Source: Steroidobacteraceae bacterium (lineage in GTDB: Bacteria; Pseudomonadota; Gammaproteobacteria; Steroidobacterales; Steroidobacteraceae). Taken from it: 64,000 nucleotides of DNA. Positions within the stretch are counted from its first letter, which is position 1; each line of letters starts with the position of its first letter. Below the pieces are notes generated by a model. It saw only the letters and a list, made by a program, of their open reading frames with translations, was not told the origin of the DNA and searched no databases. A program made the translations under genes and the position numbers. Positions 32,150 through 41,762 of this stretch are shown here, piece by piece. The DNA is taken from positions 67,840 to 131,839 of the forward strand of contig DATHMK010000015.1 of the NCBI GenBank assembly GCA_035487155.1. The letters are read 5' to 3'.

Positions 32150-34294
32150 ATGCGCCGGCACTGGACAGGGATGTTCGTCACGCTGTGCACCATCGCCGGC
32201 GCGCGCTGCGCGCTGGCGGAGAATGCGCCAGCGGATGTCGCCCCGCCGGACCTGAACGAGGTGGTCGTGACCGCGACCCGTATAGCGCAGGAAAGCCTGA
32301 CACTGCCGATGTCCGTGGACCGCATCAGCCGCGCCGAGATTCACGACGGTCAATCCCAGGTCAATCTCTCCGAGTCGCTCGAGACCGTACCCGGCGTGTC
32401 GGTGCAGAGCCGCCAGAACTATGCGCAGGACCTGCAGATCTCCTCGCGCGGTTTCGGCGCCCGCTCCGCCTTCGGCGTGCGCGGTGTGCGCCTGTACTCG
32501 GATGGCATTCCGGGCACCATGCCCGATGGCCAGGGTCAGTTTTCGCAGTTCGACCTGGGCAGCGCCGATCACATCGAAGTGCTGCGCGGACCTTTCTCGG
32601 CGCTGTACGGAAATTCCTCAGGCGGCGTCATCGCCGTCTTTACCGAGGACGCACCCCCGGGATTCGAGCTTGGCTCCACGCTTGAATACGGTTCCTTGAA
32701 TACCCAGCGTTATGCGGCGCTGCTGGGCGGTGACACCGGTGCGGTCAACTACATCATGGATGTCTCGCACTTCCAGACCGACGGCTACCGCCGACACAGC
32801 GAAGCCCAGCGCAATCTTCTGAACAGCAAGGTGCGCGTGAAGCTCGACGAGCTATCGACGCTGACCTTCATCGCCAATGCCATCGAGACGCCCTTCGTCC
32901 AGGATCCGCTGGGACTTACCGCGGCACAGCTGGCCGCCGATCCGATCCAGGCGGGCACCGGTGCCGACATGTTCAACACCAGAAAATCCCTCGCCCAGGA
33001 GCAGTTGGGTGTGATCTACGACCGTGAGTTGAACGACAATGACAGCCTGGTCGCGATGCTCTACAGCGGCCATCGGCAGACGACCCAGTTCCAGGCCATT
33101 CCGCTCGCCACCCAGGCCGTAGCCACCAGTCCCGGCGGGGTCGTCGATCTGGCGCGCGGCTACAGCGGCACCGACGTGCACCTGAGCGACCACCGCGATC
33201 TATGGGGCACCACCTTGATTACGACGGCGGGCTTCAGCTATGACGATCTGGATGAGCACCGTCGCGGTTATCTCAACTACATCGGCGCCGACCTGGGCGT
33301 GGAGGGCGCGCTGCGCCGTTACGAGACCAACCTGGTGCACGACCTGGATGAGTACCTGCAGGAGCAGTGGGATCTGACCCCGCACCTGCACGCCACGGCG
33401 GGCATTCGCAACAGTGTCGTGGATATCAGCGACCACAGCCACCTGTCGGTCAGCGGCGCGCTGCCCTTGAGCGGCACCCGCTACTCGGCCACCAATCCCG
33501 TCGCCGGATTGAGTTACGAGCTCACCAGAGACCTGAGTACCTATGCCTCCTTTGGTCGGGGTTTTGAGACACCGACCCTGAACGAGCTGGCGTACCGTTC
33601 CGTGACCGGCAATCTCCCGGGCCTGAACTTCGGCCTGCAACCGGCACGCAGCAGTGACTACGAAGTCGGCGTGAAGACACGGGGGGCGAACTTCCGGCTC
33701 GATGCGTCGCTGTTCTTCATCCGCACCGAAAATGAACTGGGCGTGCTGCAAAGTTCCGGGGGACGTTCGGTCTACGAGAACATCGGCGCGACGCAGCGCG
33801 AGGGCGCCGAGCTTGGCGTGACGGCGGACCTGCCGGGTAACTTCGAGACGCGCCTCGCCTATTCCTATCTCAAGGCCGTCGTCGAGGATGCCTACGCCGG
33901 ATGTGCGGGTACGCCCTGCGCGCCTGATGTCATTCCAGCAGGCAGTGTGCTGCCCGCCATTCCCCAGAACATACTGTACGCCGGGCTGACCTGGCGCTAT
34001 CCGGCCACGGGGTTCTTCGCCACCGCCGAAACCCTCGCGCGTTCAGGAATCTATGCGGATGACCGCAACACCGGCTACGCCGGAGGTTACTGGACCGAGA
34101 ACCTGCGTGCCGGCTTCGAGCACAAAAGCAGCGGCTGGCAGACCAGCGAGTTCGTGCGCATCGAGAACATGTTCAACAAGGCCTATGTGGGCTCGGTCAT
34201 CGTCAACGACGCCAACTCACGGTTCTTTGAACCGGCTCCGGGGTTCAGCGTGTTCGTGATGTTTGAAGCCAAGTACCTGGATCCCAGGGGCTGA
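32150..34294 (+). CDS. TonB-dependent outer-membrane receptor
   Basis: Signal peptide, plug region (NEVVVTATRIAQ...VPGVSVQSRQNYAQDLQISSRGFG), and a long barrel. Confidence 0.85.
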   Translation: MRRHWTGMFVTLCTIAGARCALAENAPADVAPPDLNEVVVTATRIAQESLTLPMSVDRISRAEIHDGQSQVNLSESLETVPGVSVQSRQNYAQDLQISSRGFGARSAFGVRGVRLYSDGIPGTMPDGQGQFSQFDLGSADHIEVLRGPFSALYGNSSGGVIAVFTEDAPPGFELGSTLEYGSLNTQRYAALLGGDTGAVNYIMDVSHFQTDGYRRHSEAQRNLLNSKVRVKLDELSTLTFIANAIETPFVQDPLGLTAAQLAADPIQAGTGADMFNTRKSLAQEQLGVIYDRELNDNDSLVAMLYSGHRQTTQFQAIPLATQAVATSPGGVVDLARGYSGTDVHLSDHRDLWGTTLITTAGFSYDDLDEHRRGYLNYIGADLGVEGALRRYETNLVHDLDEYLQEQWDLTPHLHATAGIRNSVVDISDHSHLSVSGALPLSGTRYSATNPVAGLSYELTRDLSTYASFGRGFETPTLNELAYRSVTGNLPGLNFGLQPARSSDYEVGVKTRGANFRLDASLFFIRTENELGVLQSSGGRSVYENIGATQREGAELGVTADLPGNFETRLAYSYLKAVVEDAYAGCAGTPCAPDVIPAGSVLPAIPQNILYAGLTWRYPATGFFATAETLARSGIYADDRNTGYAGGYWTENLRAGFEHKSSGWQTSEFVRIENMFNKAYVGSVIVNDANSRFFEPAPGFSVFVMFEAKYLDPRG

Positions 34295-34303
34295 GCCGCC
34301 GCG

Positions 34304-35482
34304 GTGAACCTTTCCGCCGGAAAGGGGAACTCAGTGGCAGTGGTCGTCCTACGCAACGTCGCAGTCGCCTCTCCTGCCGATGGCAGCGTCGCGCTTCGCG
34401 ACCTGCGCCTCGAATCGCGGGACTCTCCTCTTTGTGCATTCGAGAAGGACCTGCGTGGCCACGTGGTGCTGCCCGCCCTGATCAATGCGCATGACCACCT
34501 GCACCAGAATGGCGTTCCGCCACTGCCGCAGTGCGCACCATTCAGCAACAGCTACCAATGGGCCGCCGCCTTCCAGGGCCATTTTCAGAACCCGGCCGTC
34601 ACGGCGGCACTGGCCAGGCCGCTGACGCTGCGCCTGTGGCAGGGGGCCCTGAAGAACTCACTCAGTGGTGCCACGGTCGTCATGCACCACGACTCTTCCT
34701 ATGGCCTTTGCGAGGACATGGCGTTCCCGGTTCGTGTGGCACGGCCTTGTACCTGGGCACACTCGCTGCACCAGGGTTACGGCCCGGACGTGGTCGCCAG
34801 TTACCATGCCTCACCAGGTCACGTTCCCTGGTTCATTCATCTTGCAGAAGGGGTGGACCCGCTCGCCTGCGGTGAGCTGCAGGAACTGCGTCAGCTCGGA
34901 TGCCTGGGCGGCAACACCGTCCTGGTCCATGCAGTGGGTCTGGATGATGAGGATATCGAGCACATCCTGCGCGCGGGCGCCGGCGTGGTGTGGTGTCCGT
35001 CGAGCAATCTTTCAATGCTCGGGCGGACCATTGCGCCGCACCGCCTGCGCATTCTCTTTGATGCCGGTCGCCTGGCCCTGGGCACCGACTCGCGACTGAC
35101 CGGTGCGCGCGACCTGCTGGCAGAGCTCGAGGTGGCGCAGGCTCACAGTGATTTCTCGCCGCGCGAACTGCTGCAGCTGGTCACCGATCATGCCCGTCGT
35201 GTGCTGCGAATCGCGGCCGACGAGGACTGCATCATCGTTCGTGATCAGCACGCCGACCCGTTTGGCACCCTCAAGGGGCTGCAGCGCGCACAGCTGCGGG
35301 CAGTGGTACGCAATGGCCAGCCCTTCATAACCGATCCGGATTTCAAGCAGTGGTTCGCAGCGCTTGGCATCCGCTGCACCGCCGTGAGTCTGGATGGTCA
35401 GCCGAAGCTGTGCCGAACCGAAGCCCTGTGGCCGCAGACCGCGCCCTCGTTCTCCCTGGAGCCGGGGCTGACAGTGCAGTGA
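34304..35482 (+). CDS. Amidohydrolase-superfamily metal-dependent hydrolase
   Basis: HxH metal motif LINAHDHLH near the N-terminus, with later His/Asp positions (VLVHAVGL, LGTDS). GTG start 9 nt after the receptor stop. Confidence 0.62.
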   Translation: MNLSAGKGNSVAVVVLRNVAVASPADGSVALRDLRLESRDSPLCAFEKDLRGHVVLPALINAHDHLHQNGVPPLPQCAPFSNSYQWAAAFQGHFQNPAVTAALARPLTLRLWQGALKNSLSGATVVMHHDSSYGLCEDMAFPVRVARPCTWAHSLHQGYGPDVVASYHASPGHVPWFIHLAEGVDPLACGELQELRQLGCLGGNTVLVHAVGLDDEDIEHILRAGAGVVWCPSSNLSMLGRTIAPHRLRILFDAGRLALGTDSRLTGARDLLAELEVAQAHSDFSPRELLQLVTDHARRVLRIAADEDCIIVRDQHADPFGTLKGLQRAQLRAVVRNGQPFITDPDFKQWFAALGIRCTAVSLDGQPKLCRTEALWPQTAPSFSLEPGLTVQ

Positions 35483-36156
35483 ACGACACGCAGCAACTTG
35501 ATCCGGTGGCAGGCTACGCATTGTGGGCGGCGAACTATCCGCCGTTTCCCCACAACCCCTTCATGCTCGCCGAAGAGCGCGCGATGCTGGCGCAGCTGCC
35601 GCCAAGCCTGCACGGAGCGCATCTGCTGGATGTGGGCTGTGGCAGTGGCCGCTACCTGCTGCATGGACGCCGTCGCGGTGCCGCGCTGTGCGGCGTGGAC
35701 CGATCCGCGCAGATGCTGGCAGTGGCCCGCGCGCAGGATCTGCCGGTGGTGCAAGGTTCGGTCACGCGCGTGCCCGTGACCGATGCCTGGGCAGACCTGG
35801 TCGTGTGCGCCCTGACCCTGGGGCATGTCGCGGACCTCAAGGGCGCGCTGATCGAGCTGGCGCGCGTGCTCAAGGATTCAGGAACCCTGCTGTGCAGTGA
35901 CTTTCATCCCATGGCGGATGCCCTGGGGTGGCAGCGCACTTTCAGCCACAAGGGCGCGCGCTACGCGGTGCGTTACACCACGCATCGCTACGCCGACTGG
36001 CATGCCGCGAGCAAGGCGGCCGGTCTGCAGATCGAGGAGGTCATCGAGCCGCTGCTGGATCCCGCCGACATCCCGGCGGGCCAGCACTTCGATCCGCGCG
36101 CGCTTGGCGTACCGGTTGCCATCGTACTGAGGATGAGCAAAACCGTTTCTCCCTAG
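35479..36156 (+). CDS. Class I SAM-dependent methyltransferase
   Basis: Motif I LLDVGCGSGRY. Proposed GTG start overlaps the amidohydrolase stop (GTGA). The track start at 35350 lies inside the upstream gene. Confidence 0.72.
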   Translation: MNDTQQLDPVAGYALWAANYPPFPHNPFMLAEERAMLAQLPPSLHGAHLLDVGCGSGRYLLHGRRRGAALCGVDRSAQMLAVARAQDLPVVQGSVTRVPVTDAWADLVVCALTLGHVADLKGALIELARVLKDSGTLLCSDFHPMADALGWQRTFSHKGARYAVRYTTHRYADWHAASKAAGLQIEEVIEPLLDPADIPAGQHFDPRALGVPVAIVLRMSKTVSP

Positions 36157-36482
36157 TGCTCGTCCGGACAGGGCTGACAGTTGTGCGAACGCACCTGATC
36201 AAGGCAAGGTTCGAAGCTGCTGATCGAACAGTAGCGCACACCGGCATGATCCGTGCGCTGTCCGACGACGAGTTTAGCCAGTTGCTTCGGATCCTTGACC
36301 GCCACGGTCACGACCGTACCGGTCTGGTCGTCGCGCAACGTCAGGGTGCCATGCGCGGTGTCAATGGACACGATGGAGCAACAGTCGTCGGCCGCAGATG
36401 CCTGGGGAGCAGGCAGCGCGGAAAATGCAGCGAGCGTGATCAGCAGACCGACAGACTTCGCACCGGTGCTGAAGATGTTCAT
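36153..36482 (-). CDS. Small secreted cysteine-rich protein (109 aa)
   Basis: Internal ATG preceded by AGGAGG. Signal peptide MNIFSTGAKSVGLLITLAAFSALPAPQASA. The mature part has six Cys (DDCC..., CSISSFEPC, NCQPC) and ends DEH. Confidence 0.6.
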   Translation of the reverse strand: MNIFSTGAKSVGLLITLAAFSALPAPQASAADDCCSIVSIDTAHGTLTLRDDQTGTVVTVAVKDPKQLAKLVVGQRTDHAGVRYCSISSFEPCLDQVRSHNCQPCPDEH

Positions 36483-36685
36483 GATCGACCTCCTATGGGG
36501 CCAGCCACCTTGAGTATTCTCCTGCCAGAGCTCGTCGCCGGTAGAAATTAAATTTTTGTGGCTGAGCCACAACCTTCGCCGGGTCTGCTTCACCCTGGCA
36601 TGCTTCACTTCGCGATTCCGAAGCGGGCCATCGGTGAAATAAAACCGCGGATCAGACTCAGCCGCGAGTTCACTACGCCGCCCCT

Positions 36686-37459
36686 TCAGTGGCTGACCCA
36701 GCCGATTTCCCGGGCCGTGGCAGGTCCGACGCGCTCCTCTTCGAGACCGTCGGGCAGGGCTGCCTCGGTTGGACTGAGCGGCATCCTCGCCGCCATGATC
36801 TCCGCCAGGTGCTGCGGATAGCGCGGCGAGAGTTGCGGCTCGACGAAACCATCCGGATACAAAGGCAAACCCGTGGCCAGATCGTATCTATCCGTGGCAC
36901 CGAAGGTATGCAGCAGTTCGTGAGTCATCACGATGCGGTTCTGCGCCTCCTGCGAACGGCTGGCGAACAGGTGCACCACGGCACTCAGGCCCCGTTGCAG
37001 TCCCGCCGAGTGCGGCAGGGTTTGGGTCAGCGCCGGATCGTGATACAGCAGGAACAGCACAATCTGCGGACGCGGGCCTGAAACCGAGGCGAGCGCCCGG
37101 GACCGGTAATACCGCAGCCTCAGGCTCCAGAATATTCGCGTGAACACCCCGGCGCCCGGCTCCAGCGCCGGCGGCGGCACCCTCAGGGTCGGGTACAGCT
37201 GCAGCTGGATCGGCTCATCGATGCCCACTGCGTAGTGCCGTGCCTGGGCCTTCAGGAAGTCGGCGACGCCCTCGATGCTTCCCTGATCCAGCTGCACCAC
37301 ATAGCGCGCCGTGACCTCGCTCGAATCGGTATTCACCGGGAAGGCACCCACCAGGATCGTGCGCTGCCAGCTGGTGGTGCTGAAGCGGTCGATCCACGCC
37401 TGGCCGGCCACGACCAGCAGTACCAGCAAGAGAAGGATGATGCGCAGTGCTCGCCACAT
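36686..37459 (-). CDS. N-terminally anchored HExxH protein (putative zinc metallopeptidase, family unrecognised)
   Basis: TM anchor MWRALRIILLLLVLLVVAG. Motif VMTHELLHTFGATDRYD. Confidence 0.55.
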   Translation of the reverse strand: MWRALRIILLLLVLLVVAGQAWIDRFSTTSWQRTILVGAFPVNTDSSEVTARYVVQLDQGSIEGVADFLKAQARHYAVGIDEPIQLQLYPTLRVPPPALEPGAGVFTRIFWSLRLRYYRSRALASVSGPRPQIVLFLLYHDPALTQTLPHSAGLQRGLSAVVHLFASRSQEAQNRIVMTHELLHTFGATDRYDLATGLPLYPDGFVEPQLSPRYPQHLAEIMAARMPLSPTEAALPDGLEEERVGPATAREIGWVSH

Positions 37460-37472
37460 GGGAAATAGCCGC

Positions 37473-38264
37473 TCAACCCTCGTGCGCCGGCGCTGCCTGC
37501 GGCAGCGGCGCGAGCGCGACGGCCTTGCGGAGATTTTGGTCGCGTCGGTCGAATATGTCGCGATAGGCGACGAAGTTGAACACTCCCAGGAAAACCAGGA
37601 ACGCTGCGGCCGTCATGCCATAGGCAGGCGCCACCGATGCCACCGCGTTGGCACCTACGGCGACGATGGCCACGAAGATCCAGGTCGGCCAATCGCCATT
37701 GATCCGTGCCGCCTTCCTTGAGAGATGACGCGCATCACCGGGTGACAACTCCGGCCCAAGGACCAGCAGTGGGAAATAGCACAGTCCAACGAAGACGCAG
37801 GTGATGAGCACGTTCGCCGCGATCGACTCCATGAACTCACCCGGGTGTTGTAAGGAGACCTGAGGGCCCTGGGCCCGCAGGGGCACAACTCCTGCGAGCA
37901 TCAGTCTGACCAGCCACTGCATGATCACGATCGTGGCACCCGTGCTCAAGGTGCCCAACCACACCTGCCGGCGCCGCAGGGCGCTCAGGGCTTCCCAGGT
38001 TCTATGCGAGTCATCAGCGCCGCGGGAGACCGCGCTGACAATCATCCATAATATGGGCAGCAGCAGGGTGCCGATCCGATCGATCCAGATCTTGGGCACC
38101 ACGTAGCCGTCCGCGAGCTTCACCGCGGAGGTATCGATCCAACCCAGGGCGGCAATCAGTATTCCGAACCGTACCGGTGAGCGCGCGAAAAGTTGCAGCG
38201 TCAGACGCAGCCAACGCGGGATGAACGGTTTATCGACCTCTCTGGGTTCGAAGGGCGTGGCCAT
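37473..38264 (-). CDS. Polytopic membrane protein, function unknown
   Basis: About six predicted hydrophobic helices. 13-nt gap to the downstream HExxH gene and 19-nt gap to the upstream esterase gene. Confidence 0.5.
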   Translation of the reverse strand: MATPFEPREVDKPFIPRWLRLTLQLFARSPVRFGILIAALGWIDTSAVKLADGYVVPKIWIDRIGTLLLPILWMIVSAVSRGADDSHRTWEALSALRRRQVWLGTLSTGATIVIMQWLVRLMLAGVVPLRAQGPQVSLQHPGEFMESIAANVLITCVFVGLCYFPLLVLGPELSPGDARHLSRKAARINGDWPTWIFVAIVAVGANAVASVAPAYGMTAAAFLVFLGVFNFVAYRDIFDRRDQNLRKAVALAPLPQAAPAHEG

Positions 38265-38283
38265 GAGCCTGCATCTTCCGGCT

Positions 38284-39732
38284 CTATTTCAACCTGGCAA
38301 GCTTTACTTCGCGATCCTGAAGTTCCAGGCCCACGACTTGCCCGTGAGCGTCGCGGTCGAAGGTGATGACCTCCTCGCCACCGGTGAAATAAAACTGCGT
38401 ATCAGACTCGGCCGTGAGTTCATTTTCCTGATCCGCTATGACTGCGAACAGCTTGGCGCCCCGCCGCAGGATCTGAACGACGGGGACTGTCAGCCCATAG
38501 GCGCCGACGCATTTCTGCAGTTCGCCGGCCGGCACCGTCACCGGACGCAGCACCTGCCGGGGATCCAGCTTCAAGGCCGCATAGTCCACACCCATGGAGC
38601 GGGCCTGCGGCGCCAGCAGCAGTGCTTTTGTCAGGTATTGCGTGGCCTTTGCCGTGTCACCCCGGTCGAAGTACAGCCGCCCGGCGGTCAACAGCGTACT
38701 GACATCGTTCGGATGCAGCTCCAGCGTGTGCAGAATCACCTGCTCCGCCTCGGCCACACGCTTCTGGCGGTACAACGAGAAAGCAGGTGACAGAAGAACT
38801 CCCGCGGGAACGGCGACCGGAAAGCCGAAGCGCGAGGACAGCGCGGCGTAGTGCTTGTCGATGGCCGCGAGCCCACCTTGCTCGTACAGCGCAAAGGCAT
38901 CCGGAACCGGCCAGCCATCGAAAATGAATTCCAATCCGTCGTAGACACTCTTCAGGGTAACGGTGCCGTGGGATTCCTCAGGGTAGCGTCGATAGGTGAA
39001 GGACAAATGCGGATCTCGTGAAGCCAGTGTCTGCAGGTCCGCCGACAGCTCCCAGTTGCCGCTGAGGAATTCGCCGCCCTCATCCGCCGTGGTGACGTAG
39101 ATGCTGGCCGCGAGATCCTTCTGTTGTTCGAGGAATGAGGCGACGGTCTTGGGTAAGGCGCGATTCTCCCGTTCGAGCGTCGGACTGGCGAGGATGTAAC
39201 CTTTGAACACCTGCGGCGCCTGCATCAAGGCGTACAGGCCGAACAGGCTTCCATACGAATGGCCGACCAGAATCCGGTAGGGCTGCGTGCGGAAGTCCCG
39301 ATCTATCTTCGGGATCAGTTCGGTCGCGAGGAATTTCAGGAAATTCTCCGACCCGCTGCCGGGCACCAACGGAATCATGTCACGATTCCGATCGGTGTTC
39401 GGAATGCCCACGACCAGCAGGGAGGGAATGCGCCCCGCATCCGCCAGAAGATCCGCGGTCGTGCTGGCTAGCTGGAAATCACCCGCACCGTCCAGTACCA
39501 CCAGCACCGGATAGCGGGCGCTGCTCAGATCGTAATCCTCGGGACGGTGCACGAAATAGCTGCGCGTCTCGCCGGTGGCCTGCGAGTGCAGCTCGTACCG
39601 CTCGCCGATCACGATCGGATGGCTGTCCGTCTCCGGCGCCGCCGCCCGGCACAGGGCCGCAAGGCCAATCACCAGGGTTGCCAGAGACATCTTCAGCGCC
39701 GAATTCAGTGCCATGCCGACTCCCGAAGCCAT
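38284..39732 (-). CDS. Secreted alpha/beta-hydrolase (esterase-type) with TPR and a C-terminal beta-rich domain
   Basis: Signal peptide, nucleophile elbow GHSYGS, TPR-like segment (LELHPNDVSTLLTAGRLYFDRGDTAKATQYLTKAL), and a C-terminal FYFTGGEEVITFDRDAHGQVVGLEL-type domain. Confidence 0.72.
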   Translation of the reverse strand: MASGVGMALNSALKMSLATLVIGLAALCRAAAPETDSHPIVIGERYELHSQATGETRSYFVHRPEDYDLSSARYPVLVVLDGAGDFQLASTTADLLADAGRIPSLLVVGIPNTDRNRDMIPLVPGSGSENFLKFLATELIPKIDRDFRTQPYRILVGHSYGSLFGLYALMQAPQVFKGYILASPTLERENRALPKTVASFLEQQKDLAASIYVTTADEGGEFLSGNWELSADLQTLASRDPHLSFTYRRYPEESHGTVTLKSVYDGLEFIFDGWPVPDAFALYEQGGLAAIDKHYAALSSRFGFPVAVPAGVLLSPAFSLYRQKRVAEAEQVILHTLELHPNDVSTLLTAGRLYFDRGDTAKATQYLTKALLLAPQARSMGVDYAALKLDPRQVLRPVTVPAGELQKCVGAYGLTVPVVQILRRGAKLFAVIADQENELTAESDTQFYFTGGEEVITFDRDAHGQVVGLELQDREVKLARLK

Positions 39733-39910
39733 GGAATCGAATCTTAGCGCCCGCGGACGACCGCGTTTCGGTTATCGCCGATGGCCACCCGGCGCATGCA
39801 CATCTGCTGCGAAGCATCATGGCCGGCGGCCGATCGAGAGCGGCCCCTTGAGCGCTGTAATACAATGGGCCACTCACGCTCCTGTCCACCTGCCCGTGGA
39901 GCTCAATGCG

Positions 39911-40087
39911 ATGCAAACGGTTCAGCTGTTTCAACGGCGCGTGGCTTTCGGCGCTTTGGGATTGACGTTTAGTGCTGCGCTCATTGCGTGGTGTTTCGAT
40001 GACTACAGAACCTTTGCAAACATTGCGGGCCAGGCCTTGTTTTCCTGTTTGCTGGTCTACGGCGCCGTGAAGCGCCGCAGGCTGTAG
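39911..40087 (+). CDS. Possible 58-aa two-TM small membrane protein
   Basis: MQTVQLFQRRVAFGALGLTFSAALIAWCFDDYRTFANIAGQALFSCLLVYGAVKRRRL. The longer track ORF from 39575 overlaps the esterase gene. Third-position GC is low compared with neighbouring genes. Weak call. Confidence 0.3.
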   Translation: MQTVQLFQRRVAFGALGLTFSAALIAWCFDDYRTFANIAGQALFSCLLVYGAVKRRRL

Positions 40088-40155
40088 CGCAAGCCGCACG
40101 ACCTGGGCGGCAGGAACGCTCCGTCGCGGCGGGAAGTACCATCCTGCGGGGAAGG

Positions 40156-41637
40156 TCAACTGAGATAACGGGATTCCAGATGCCGTCGAAAGTGCGCGGG
40201 ATTCAGCGACTCCCCGCTGGCCCGGCGCACCAGCTGCGACGTCTCCCAGCGGCTGGCCTGCGACCAGATGCGATCGCGTAGCCAATCGAACAAGCCGCCC
40301 AGTTCGCCGCGCGCAATCTGTTGATCAAGACCGCTCAGGTCCCGGCGCATCGATGCAAACCATTGCGCGGCATAGAGCGCACCGAGCGTGTAGGTGGGAA
40401 AATAGCCGAACAGCCCCTGTGCCCAGTGCACGTCCTGCATGCAGCCGTCACGGTAATTGCCGCGAGTGTCGAGTCCGAAGAGCTGTTGCATACCCGAATC
40501 CCACAGACCCGGAATGTCTTCGACTTCGATTTGCCCCTCGATCAGCGGCCGTTCGATTTCATAACGCAGGATGACGTGCGCCGGGTAGCTCACCTCGTCG
40601 GCATCCACGCGGATCAGTCCGCGGCGCGCGCGGGTCAACAGGCGCGTGAGATTGTCCGGTGCGAACGCCGGCTGCTCGCCCAGGTGGCGCACCAGCAGCG
40701 GTCGCAGGCAGTGCGCAAAACCCGGATGGCGCGCGAGCTGCATCTCGAAGGAGAGGCTCTGGCTCTCATGGATACCCATCGAGCGTGCCTGGGCGACCGG
40801 TAATCCGAGCCACTCCCGCGGCAGGTTCTGTTCGTAGCGCCCGTGACCCGTTTCGTGTATGACGCCCATCAGCGCGCCGAGGAAGTCCGCCTCATTGTAG
40901 CGAGTCGTCAGGCGCACATCCTGCGGCACGCCACCGCAGAAGGGGTGGGCACTTTCATCGAGTCGGCCCGCGGCGAAGTTGAAACCGATGAGCTGCATGG
41001 TTTCCAGGCCCAGGGCGCGCTGCGCAGCTTTCGGAAACGGCCCTTGCGGCGCGATGACACTCCGCTCCCGCTGCCGCAGCAACACCTCCTGCATCAGCGC
41101 CGGCAGCCACGACTTCAGATCCGCGAACAGCCGATCGATATCGGCGCAGCGCGCGCCCGGCTCGTACAGATCCAGCAGCGCCTCGTAGGGCGAGCGGTCC
41201 GTGCCGTCGGCCAGGCAACGTGCCTGCTCACGTGCAAGGCGCACCACCTCGCGCAGGTTGGGCACGAAGCCCTGCCAATCGTTGTTGGTGCGCTGGGAAC
41301 GCCATGCGTGTTCGCAGCGCGAGCCCGCCAAGGTACTTTCCTTCACCAGCGCATCCGGCAGCGCCGTTGCCGTGCGCCAGGCGCGGGTCATTTCGCGCAG
41401 ATTCGCGCTTTGCACCTCGTCCAAAGGTTCATTGGATGCGCGCTTGAGCAGCGCACCGAGCGCGGCGCTGGTGGCGATCTCGTGCTGCATGCCCTCCAGT
41501 TCGGCCAGGGCGTATGCGCGCGCCTCGTTGCCCTGCGGCGGCATGTTGGCCATCTGATCCCAGCGGGTGATGGCGTTGAGGTGGGCGAGGCGATCCAGGC
41601 GCCGGAAATGTCCGCAGGCATCTTCATACGCAGTCAT
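40156..41637 (-). CDS. M32 family metallocarboxypeptidase (Taq-type)
   Basis: HETGHGRYE zinc motif and the IHESQS motif. Starts at MTAYEDAC... (internal ATG). Confidence 0.85.
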   Translation of the reverse strand: MTAYEDACGHFRRLDRLAHLNAITRWDQMANMPPQGNEARAYALAELEGMQHEIATSAALGALLKRASNEPLDEVQSANLREMTRAWRTATALPDALVKESTLAGSRCEHAWRSQRTNNDWQGFVPNLREVVRLAREQARCLADGTDRSPYEALLDLYEPGARCADIDRLFADLKSWLPALMQEVLLRQRERSVIAPQGPFPKAAQRALGLETMQLIGFNFAAGRLDESAHPFCGGVPQDVRLTTRYNEADFLGALMGVIHETGHGRYEQNLPREWLGLPVAQARSMGIHESQSLSFEMQLARHPGFAHCLRPLLVRHLGEQPAFAPDNLTRLLTRARRGLIRVDADEVSYPAHVILRYEIERPLIEGQIEVEDIPGLWDSGMQQLFGLDTRGNYRDGCMQDVHWAQGLFGYFPTYTLGALYAAQWFASMRRDLSGLDQQIARGELGGLFDWLRDRIWSQASRWETSQLVRRASGESLNPAHFRRHLESRYLS

Positions 41638-41762
41638 GGCGATTGTCGGCTCCCCTTGCATCTGCGGATGAGTCTACCGTGGGGCGCGAAGGGGGGCCAT
41701 GTGGCGAAGGTGACGCGAACCTTGCGTCTTGAAATCCTGCCGGAGGCCCCAACAGCCTGTGC

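Noticed and set aside
35350-35478. Track starts placed inside the upstream gene. Examples: methyltransferase at 35350, HprK-like ORF at 45007, methyltransferase at 53274, methyltransferase at 47414, unknown protein at 50962, coxC at 16257, bioF at 22814.
   Set aside because: The extended N-termini are Arg/Pro/Ala-rich and overlap neighbouring genes by hundreds of nucleotides. Internal starts give stop/start coupling with the upstream gene and begin at conserved family N-termini. The shorter coordinates were used, and exact starts remain uncertain.
39575-40087. 170-aa plus-strand ORF spanning the esterase start region.
   Set aside because: Its first ~50 codons overlap the esterase N-terminus on the opposite strand and translate to Arg/Ala-rich sequence. 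Only the last 58 codons (39911-40087) look like a possible small membrane protein, and they are reported with low confidence.
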